DNA from: the human T2T-CHM13v2.0 reference genome, Homo sapiens
Length of the DNA: 64,000 bases
Reading direction: 5' to 3' (one strand)
Assembly (NCBI RefSeq): GCF_009914755.1
Contig: NC_060928.1
Part shown: positions 55,638 to 64,000 of the stretch, piece after piece
Layout: each line of letters starts with the position of its first letter
Numbering within the stretch: the stretch's first letter is position 1
Position numbers and translations under genes: made by a program
The notes under the pieces: model-generated
The model's database searches: none
What the model saw: only the letters and a program-made list of their open reading frames with translations
What the model was told of the DNA's origin: nothing

Positions 55638-57684
55638 CAAAGATTCCACACACATCCCGAAAAAAACTGTTAGAACTAATAAATAAATTCAGAAAAGTTG
55701 CAGGATACAAAATCAACATACAAAAGTCAGAAGCATTTTTACACAAAAAATAATAACCTAACTAAAAAAGAAATCAAGAAACTCATTCCATTCACAATAG
55801 CTTCAAAAAAAAATAAGACCCAAGAATAAATTTAACAAAGGAGATAAAAGATCTGTACACTGAAAACTATAATACATTGATGAGAAAATTGAAGCAGACA
55901 CAAATAAATGGAAAGATATTCAATGCTCACAGATTGGAAGAATTAATATTGTTAAAATGGCCATACCACCGAAAGCAATATACATATTCAACATAATTCT
56001 TACCAAAATCCCAATGGCATTCTTCGAAGAAATAGGAAAAGCAATCCTAACTTTCCTATGGAACCATAAAAGATCTCAATAGCCAAAACAATTCTAAGAA
56101 AGAAAGACAAAGTTGGGGGCATCATACTTCTTGACTTAAAGTTATATTACAAAGCTATGGTAATGAAAACAGTTTGGTGCTGGCCTCAAAACAGATATAG
56201 AGACCAGTGGAACTGAATAGAAAGTCCAGAAATGAATTCAAACATACATGGTCAACTAATTTTTGACAAAGGCACTAAGAGGACACAATAGAGAAGATAC
56301 TCTCTTCAATAAAGAGTGCTGCGAAATATGGGTTCCATGCAAATAAATGAAATTAGACCCTTATCTTACACCATACACAAAAATTCCAACTAAACATGGA
56401 TATAAGACTTAAATATAAGACCAGATACTATAAGACTCCTAAAAGAGATCATAGGGGAAAAGCTCCTGGATGCTGGCCTTGGCAATGAATTTTGGGATAC
56501 CATACCAAAAGCTCATACCACAGTAGCAAAAATTAGATAAATGAGACTACATCAAACTAATAAGCTTCTGCACAGGAAAGAAAACAATTTAAAAATGACA
56601 GGCTGTGGATTGGGAAAAAATATTTGCAAACCATATGTATGATAAGAGACAAAATTTATCCAAAATGTAAAAAGAACTCATACAACTCAATGGTGGAAAA
56701 AAAAACAAATAGCTCCATTTAAAAGTGGGTCAATGTCTTCAGCTGACATTTCTCCGAAGGAGATATTAAAAATGTCAAACAGGTATATGCAAAGGTGCTT
56801 ACCATTATTGATCATCAGAGAAATGCAAATCAAAGCCACAATGAGATACCACCTCACACCCATTAAGATAGTTATTATCAAAAGATAACAAATGTCGGCG
56901 AGGGTGTGGAGAAAAGGAAACTCTTGCACACTGTTAGTGAGAATATAGATTGGTATAGCCATTATGGAAAACAGTATGGAAGTTTCCAAAAAAATAGAAC
57001 TACCAAATGCCCCAGCAACCCCTCTTCTGGACACTTACGCAAAGGAAATGAAATCATTGTCTCGTAAAGATATCTGCACTCCCATGTTCATTGCAACAGC
57101 CAAGATATAGAAAAAACCTAAGTGCCCTTAACAGAATGGATAAAGAAACTGGTACATATATACAATGGAATATTATTCAGCCCTAAAAAAAGAAAGACAT
57201 CTTGCCATTTGCTACAATGTGGATAAGCCTAGAGGACATTATGCCAAGTGAAATACGCAGACATAGAAAGAAAAATATTGCATGATCTCACTTATATGTA
57301 AAATCTAAAAAAGAAAACTTCAAATATACAGAAACAGATAAAAAAATAGTGGTTATTAGAGGTGGGAGGGGGAGGAAATGGGGTGATGGGGGCCAGAAGA
57401 TACAAAGTAGCAGACATTGAGGATGAAAAAGTTTATAGATCTAATGTAAAACATGAGGACTATAGGTTAAAAAAATTATACTGTATATGAGATTTATGCT
57501 AAATGAGTAGATCTTAGATGTTCTTGCCACAAAAAAATAATATGAATACTTATGTGAGATGATGAATGTGAAGAATATGTTAATTTGCTTCACTGTAGTA
57601 ACTTTTTAACTCTATTTTTATCCCATCACGTCATGTTGTATACTTTAAACACCCACAATCAAATTTATTTTCAAAAAACAAAAA
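55066..57684 (+). mobile_element. L1MA6/7-like LINE-1, 5'-truncated, nested in the 3' UTR of the previous L1
   Basis: Starts mid-RT (AAGTGGATTTATTGCTGGTATGTAAGATTGGTT); 3' UTR TACAAAGTAGCAGAC...CATGAGGACTATAG...TGCTAAATGAGTAGAT. Confidence 0.85.
55547..55635 (+). mobile_element. Alu 3' fragment (52 bp) with A37 tail
   Basis: AGCCGAGATCGCGCACTGCACTCCAGCCTGGGTGACAGAGCAAGAC; TSD-like AAAACCGCAAAGA / AAAAATGCAAAGA. Confidence 0.9.
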
Positions 57685-57828
57685 ATCCTTTTATGCTTTA
57701 AATATATGCAATTTTTATTTGTTGATTACACCTCAATATGATGGAAGAAAACAAGTAAAATGGCTTAAATTATGAAGTTAAAATTTTGCTGTATATGACA
57801 TTGAACCTATGTAGTAGAGAAGTGTAGA

Positions 57829-58316
57829 TGTCAAGCGCTGTAAAGGGTCTGTCAAGAGATTTACCTTACTTGGAAGATAACCAATTAGCTTGCCACAGCT
57901 ACATGAATGCTGGAAGAAGACATGACAGTCGTGGGTCAGAGACAAAGGAGGGTTTATCACAATAATAGCAGTAGCCATAATTTTATGCATCAGTTTCCTG
58001 AGCTTCAATTCCCAAAAGGCAGCAGAATAAGAGCCAGATGACACCTGCTGGAATCTGAAGCTTAGGAAATGCTAATATTTTATGATGGGCTGCAAGCAAG
58101 CCTGCTCAACCTTGTCCCCTGAGGGAAAATAATTCTATCAGTTACACTAGACAGTGTGCATGACTGCCCTTTGCTCTGGAAGGAAATGCTATAACTTCCA
58201 ATACTGAAAACTATACAAACATCCTTGAAAAGATAATCCGGAATAAGAGCTGTCATTGCCTGTGCTTACAAGGTGTGCAGAAATATGAGTGACCAATAGA
58301 GAATTACCTCTCAACA
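57829..58316 (-). mobile_element. ERVL-class solo LTR (LTR47-like; subfamily uncertain)
   Basis: TG...CA termini, 488 bp, perfect 5-bp TSD GTAGA (57824-57828 / 58317-58321); minus strand begins TGTTGAGAGGTAATTCTC...TTTCTGCAC. Confidence 0.75.
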
Positions 58317-58337
58317 GTAGAGAAGAGGGAAAAAACT

Positions 58338-58550
58338 AACATTTTTTAAACAATTATTGTAGCCCAGGTGCAACAAGAGATACTTTACATACATTATCTA
58401 ATTAAATCCTCACATCCTAAGAAGTGTGCATTATGAACCTCATTTGACAGAATCTCAGATACAGTAAGTCATCTTCCAAGTCACCTATCTGCTAAATGAT
58501 ATTGTCAGAATTTCAACCCAGATTTATCTCACTGTGAATGCCTTCTACTT
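58338..58550 (-). mobile_element. MIR remnant
   Basis: TACTTTACATACATTATCTAATTAAATCCTCACA...CATTTGACAGA...TTTCAACCCAGAT. Confidence 0.72.
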
Positions 58551-60409
58551 TAAGTTGAGATTTAACTTCACAAAGAAAATACTTTTAGAGAAAAAGATGT
58601 TATCACATTTTCAATGAAGAAAGGTCAACAATTGAAAGAAAATAATTATTATTAAAGGTAGAGTTTTTTAAAAGCTTAGAAATATAAAAGGTTTGCAAAA
58701 AATGTTTATCTGATATTTATGTAGACTTCCACTCCACACAGAGGATGAAGCTGAGTGACTTATGCAGTCTCAATGAGTGACAAGGAGCAACTGGAGGCTG
58801 CCCCTTATGGAATTGCCTTAAGCTCAGTACCTTGGACATCTCCCCGATATGTTGGGTGTAGCTTAAGACAGTGTGCACACTGGCATTGTTCTAGGGACTG
58901 AAAAGTTCTATTTCTTTTCATTCTTGCACTGAAAAACAGGATGCTACCATCACTATCTGAAATTATCCTTTATATATCCTAAATGATGCTTTTAAAATTA
59001 TTCTTCAATAATTCTAAAATTTGGGTAAAGGATGGATGTCCAGAAACACACTTTACCCCATTTAAAATAAAAAGTTTTCCCTCCCCGCCTCCCCATCTGT
59101 ACTTCTTGAAACATATCCCTTATTTTTTTCATAGCATTTATCACCAATATATTATATATTTTATCTGATAATTTGTCTCCCATAATTAAAAGAGAAGCTA
59201 ATAAGGATAGATAATTTTTATCATTTTTTTCATGTATAGAATATCCTCCATGCCTAGAACAGAAAAACAACTGGAAACTCAATGAATATACAGTTTGAAT
59301 TGAGTGATATGGATAATGGTTCTAGTGTAGTTGTTTATAAGATTTCTTAATTAATCTGCAATCATATTCCAAATGTTACCATTAATGTATATGTCTCCAA
59401 ACTGTCTTTTGCTGGTTTAAGAATTAATTTTATATTTACAGGGAATTTATATTTGAGTGTTGTGAATTTCCTTTAATTATATATTTAATAAAGTGGTAAA
59501 TGTATTATTTTAAAAATCTAATCTCATTAAAACGGAACACGATAAATGAGGTGGTTGTTATTCTTTTGTAAAATAATGGGTTTGGTTTCTTTTGTTCTTG
59601 AATATATTTTGGATTCTAAAAAACACAAATGAGATAGTTCCCAACTTGCAAAAAAAAAAAATATGTGTAGCACAGAACTAGAAGCCATCAGGCTGTTTTA
59701 ATATTGGTTATCTACATCCAGCTGCTTCTCTAGAGACCAACCTAGTTCTCTCAAGTTGTTACTCTGCTGGTGAAAGAGGACATGTCTCTCAGATCAGGCT
59801 CTTACATAGGGGAAATAATTGCCAACAGATGGTGATAATCTGTTACCAGTCTAATGGAGATCCCTGAAGATATGCTGGGAAATGAAGTTTTCACTGAAGA
59901 ACACTTGCACAAAGCGAATAAACAGAATATCTGGTACAGCTGGGAAGGGAAGCTGCTTCTGATTAGAGAGAAGGAATATACAGCCAGTTTAAGTTCCAGT
60001 GGCAGAAATCACTCTACATCAATTTCTGTATCTACTCTTTGACTTTTAGCCTTGTTGACTATTCAACGACTTACCCTGCTGTTTTCTGAGCATTGGATAT
60101 ACTTAGTGACAGCTGTTGGGTCAAAGGCACCTAACACATGTGGACACATACACCTTGGCCTGTCTCAGGGAATTCACGCTCTTTACTTTTGGCTTTTAGA
60201 CAGGGAGCAAAGGTTAAGACTGCTCAGGATTTATTTCTTTGCTCATCTCTTTGGTAAGATGTACAACCTGGATGTTATTAAAATATAAGACATTTTGAAA
60301 GAGGCTTTTTATTTGTGTGGTTTCTTCAAACTTCGTCAGCTACTGTCTGTTCTGAACAACAGTTAATGTCACTTTATTCAAAACATAATGAACTAATGTG
60401 CTTTATAAA

Positions 60410-60573
60410 CTTGCTACTCAAAGTGTGGTCCACAGATCTGCAGTGTCACCATCATCTGGTAACTTATTAAAAATAGAGAATTTCACTCCACCACAGACTA
60501 ACTAAATTTGAATCTGCATTTTGTCAAGAGCTCTAGCTCACACAGAGACACTAAAATTTGAGAAACACGGCTC
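60410..60573. mobile_element. MER5A-like hAT-Charlie relic
   Basis: GCTACTCAAAGTGTGGTCC...TGAATCTGCATTTT...AAAATTTGAGAAACACGG. Confidence 0.78.
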
Positions 60574-60729
60574 TTACTCTATAATATTTTACATGGACAT
60601 TCCAATTACAAAAATAATGCTAAAATATAAGGTCTGTATAGTAGAAGGATACATTGAAATATGCCACCATAATGTGATTATGTTGCTATTGTGCAGAATT
60701 GTTCTTAGTAAATTCCTCCAGTCCATTTA

Positions 60730-61450
60730 TCAGAGTGATATCATGTCAAGCAAGTTTTATGTTCAGTCAGCAGACTATCTCCCAAACTTCTTATACCCAA
60801 ACACCTACTGTTATGCTCAACCTTAATGTATTAAAAACTGAACTTGTTACTATTTTTTCCCTTTTTTTCTCACTTATGTCCCCTATCTTGGTGAATAACT
60901 TTATCACTAGCAGCACCTGAGTAAGAAAACTTAACGTTTATTATGTGTTTTTCTTCCCTTTTATCTTCTTTGTCTTACAATTCATAATTTCTTATTCATT
61001 TAAACTTCAAAATATCTTTTTAATGTCCCATTACTCTCATTGCTGCTGCTATTACTTTAGTTCAGACTCCCATTGTTTCTCACCTGACATTCCTAAAAAA
61101 TACAACAAGTTGACTTATCTACCATCTTGCCTCCTTCTGGAGAACTTTCTAAAACACAAATTTGATTACATTATTTAATTAAGCCATTAAAAGAAAGCCT
61201 TGAAATGGATTATTGCTTTTAGGATGAAAGCCCCCCGAAAATCAAGCTTAAACTCCTTTCCAAATTCATTTTTGGCCCCAATGCTCATTCATTCATTTTG
61301 AACTCTTGACACAACCTATAGAACTCCTTGTCATTCCTTGAATATAAGTCCTTTCACAACTGGATGCCTTGGAAGTACTTTTCTATCCATTCAAATATTT
61401 TTTTCTGCATAACAAATTCTTATTCATACTTCAAGACTCAGTTCAAATTG
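60730..61450 (+). mobile_element. L2 remnant
   Basis: CTCAACCTTAATGTATTAAAAACTGAACT...TTTCTAAAACACAAATTTGATTA...TTCTTATTCATACTTCAAGACTCAGTTCAAA. Confidence 0.65.
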
Positions 61451-61496
61451 CTTAATAAAATAAAAAACAAAATAGGAGAATTTTCCCTGTTTCATT

Positions 61497-61966
61497 TGTC
61501 GGTAAATTAATTTCAGTCTACTCTATATCCTCACTCTTTGCAATATGGTATTACAGATACTGTCATCAAGAAGTAGAGTCTATGTTCTCACCCCTTGAAT
61601 CAGGGCTGGATTTGTGACTTGCTTTGTTGAGTAGAATGCAGTGAAAGTGACAATGTGCCAGTCTGAGCCCAGAACTCAAGAGGCTTTGCATGCTTCCACT
61701 CTTTCTTGGAGACACGCAGCTTCCCCATGAACAAGTTCAGGTTAGCTTGTAGGAGTCTGAGAATAAGTGTGTCACCTGAAGCCATTCAAAACAACCTAAT
61801 ATTAACTGACACCCAAACATTTGACAGACATCAACAAAACCAGCAAAATTGCCTACTCAACCCACAGTAAAACCTCCTTTCTGATTTAGAGATTAATGGG
61901 AAACATAAATGCTTATTATTTTAGCTCACAGGTTTTTTAAATGTGATTTTTGCAATGGCTGATACA
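61497..61966 (+). mobile_element. MLT1G/H-like MaLR solo LTR
   Basis: CATCAAGAAGTAGAGTCTATG...CCCCTTGAATCAGGGCTGG..TTGTGACTTGCTTTG; ends GCAATGGCTGATACA. Confidence 0.78.
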
Positions 61967-61991
61967 AATATAAAAATTTTAAATAAAGCTT

Positions 61992-62203
61992 CAGTAGTGT
62001 TCATTAAACTATGGCTTCAGGCCAACTCTGGCCCACAGCTTGTTTCAGTTTATAGTATAGCCCTTGTGCTAGGAATATTTTTTTACATTTTTAAAGAGTT
62101 GTTAAAGAAAAAGAAGACAGAGGTTTTATTTGGCCTGTAAAGTCCATCTAGCCTAAAATATTTACTATCTAGTCCTTTACAGAAAAATGTTTGCCAACTC
62201 ATG
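61992..62203. mobile_element. MER58-family (C/D-like) DNA transposon relic
   Basis: AAACTATGGC..CAGGCCAACTCTGGCCCAC ... GCCTAAAATATTTACTATCTAGTCCTTTACAGAAAAATGTTTGCCAAC. Confidence 0.78.
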
Positions 62204-62204
62204 A

Positions 62205-63740
62205 ACTATAGTGATGAGTAATCTGTGGTATTTGTAGAGGGATAGAAAAATAGACCAATTGAGTAAATGGAGATCCCAGAAATCCACATGTATATAGGCC
62301 TTTGTTATACAATAGAGTTGGTATTACAGATCTATGAGCAAAAGACATATTTTCCAATAAATGATACCCAATAATTGGTTATCTAGATGAAAAGAAAATG
62401 AAAAACATAAGACCACTTATAGGTAATTTCAAGCAAAATTATAAAGATTCAGAAGATAATATAGGGGAATATCCTCCCAACCTAGAAGAGAGAAAGATTT
62501 CTTAAACAAGGCACAAAGAAACATTAACCATAGAGAAAAACATGGATACAGTTAAGACATTAAAATTTGAATCTTCAAGTTATTGAAGTATATTATAAAG
62601 TGAATAAAAAGACTAACCACAGAGGGAGAGAATCTACTTGTAATAACTGTATATAAAAAAGACTAATATTCAAAATAAATAAGTTCTTCCAAACGTTAAG
62701 GAAAAGACAGATAACACAATGATAAACAGGAAAAAAACTGAACAGGCATCTTACAAAATATAAATCTAAGTGACCAATAAATATACTAAAATGTGCTTAA
62801 CCTCATTAACAGAAAAAAAATTAAAACCACAACAAAATACTATTACACACCCACCATATTAGCAAAAATAAGGCCGACAAATCAATGCAATGGGATTTCA
62901 CATTTTCTGCTGATGGAACAGACACTGATCTAACTGCTTTGGATAACTGTTTGGGATTATTTCATACGACTGAAGATACTCCTACCTTCTGACCTAGAAG
63001 TTCCATGCTTTATTATGAACCCTGGATCAGAGATTCTAATGTCGCCCCCAGGACTATCAACATCACCTGTGAACTTAGAAATGCAGATCCCCATACCCCT
63101 CCTCAGACCTACTGAATCAGAAACTATGGGGGAAAGTACCCAGCAATTTGTAGGGAAATGAGCTCTCCAAGTGATTCTGATGTTAAAATTTGAAAATGCT
63201 GACAAACACTTACATATATTCCTACAGATGCATGTTCACAGCATTATTATTCAAAAGAGCCCAGACTGGAAACAACTCAAATTTCATCAACAGTCAAATG
63301 GGTAATAGAATATGGCACAGTCCTATAATGGAATATAACTTAGCAATAAAAAATGATCATTAGCTTCATGTAATAACATGGATCGATCTCACAAATATAA
63401 TGTTGAGAGAAGAGTAGATGCAAAATAAAACCTGCAGTATGATTCCATTAGTATAAAGTTTAAAAGTGGGCAAAATAAGCACTTGGGGAAAATGTTAAGC
63501 ACAGATTTTTTAAAAAAGCAAAGGATTTATTTATCATCATTAAACTCTAGGTGGTGTTTATTAGTGAAGAAATATCAGTAAGGCAATGGCAGAAGTAATG
63601 TTTTATTTGGGCAATAGAAATGTTCTCTTTCTTGTTCTGGATAGTAATTATTTAGATGTTTGCTTCATAATTATTTTCAAAATGTAAACATATTTATGTA
63701 CTCTCATAGATAGATAATTGATATATCTCCCAGTTAGAAA
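62205..63740 (+). mobile_element. old L1ME-type 3' region
   Basis: Highly diverged ORF2 C-terminus (GAAAGATTTCTTAAACAAG; TTAAAACCACAAC..TACTATTACACACCCAC) and 3' UTR (ATCTCACAAATATAATGTTGAG; GTATGATTCCATT). Confidence 0.75.
63029..63201. mobile_element. MER5A nested in the L1ME
   Basis: CATCACCTGTGAACTTAGAAATGCAGAT...CAGACCTACTGAATCAGAAACT...CCAAGTGATTCTGATG. Confidence 0.85.
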
Positions 63741-64000
63741 AAAGCAGACACATATACATATACAAGGTCTATTTATACACAGAATCTAAGGACACGGCAA
63801 TCTTCATCCCAGAGATAATACATGTATGTTCTCAATAACTTGATTATCCATATGAGGTGCTCTTTAAATTCTGTCTGTTGTTATCATTATTATATTACAA
63901 GCTTTAATTGAATGCATTGAAGTTTTACTGCATTGAGTGTAAATTTTAAGGTATTTTCCTCTGCCCAGAAATATTTTTAAATTGCTCTTTACATTAAGAA

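Overview
Human genomic DNA: a human-specific AluYb8 sits at 14314-14619 with a perfect target-site duplication (TSD). The window is AT-rich, CpG-depleted and dominated by transposable elements. These include several L1s of different ages (L1PA2, L1PA5-like, L1PA7-like, L1PA16-like, L1PB, L1MA, L1MC, L1ME), about 11 Alus or Alu fragments, MaLR/ERVL LTRs (near-complete THE1A, THE1D, MSTA nested in MLT1B, MLT1D, MLT1G/H, an ERVL-type solo LTR), and L2, MIR, MER5 and MER58 relics. I recognise no protein-coding exon, RNA gene or CpG island. The ORF track consists of repeat-derived or chance ORFs, so the region looks intergenic or deep intronic. I found no convincing new biological system. The best observations are structural: an L1 3' transduction bracketed by one TSD (25826-27454), an exact 28-bp copy 1.8 kb from its twin, several short templated or inverted insertions, a deletion fusing an L1 5' end to a THE1 internal region, a TSD-less L1PA2, an inverted Alu pair, and weak splice-signal candidates including an AG|GTAAGT recursive-splice-like site. 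Subfamily names come from my recall of consensus sequences and need RepeatMasker/Dfam confirmation. Boundaries of the old elements are approximate.
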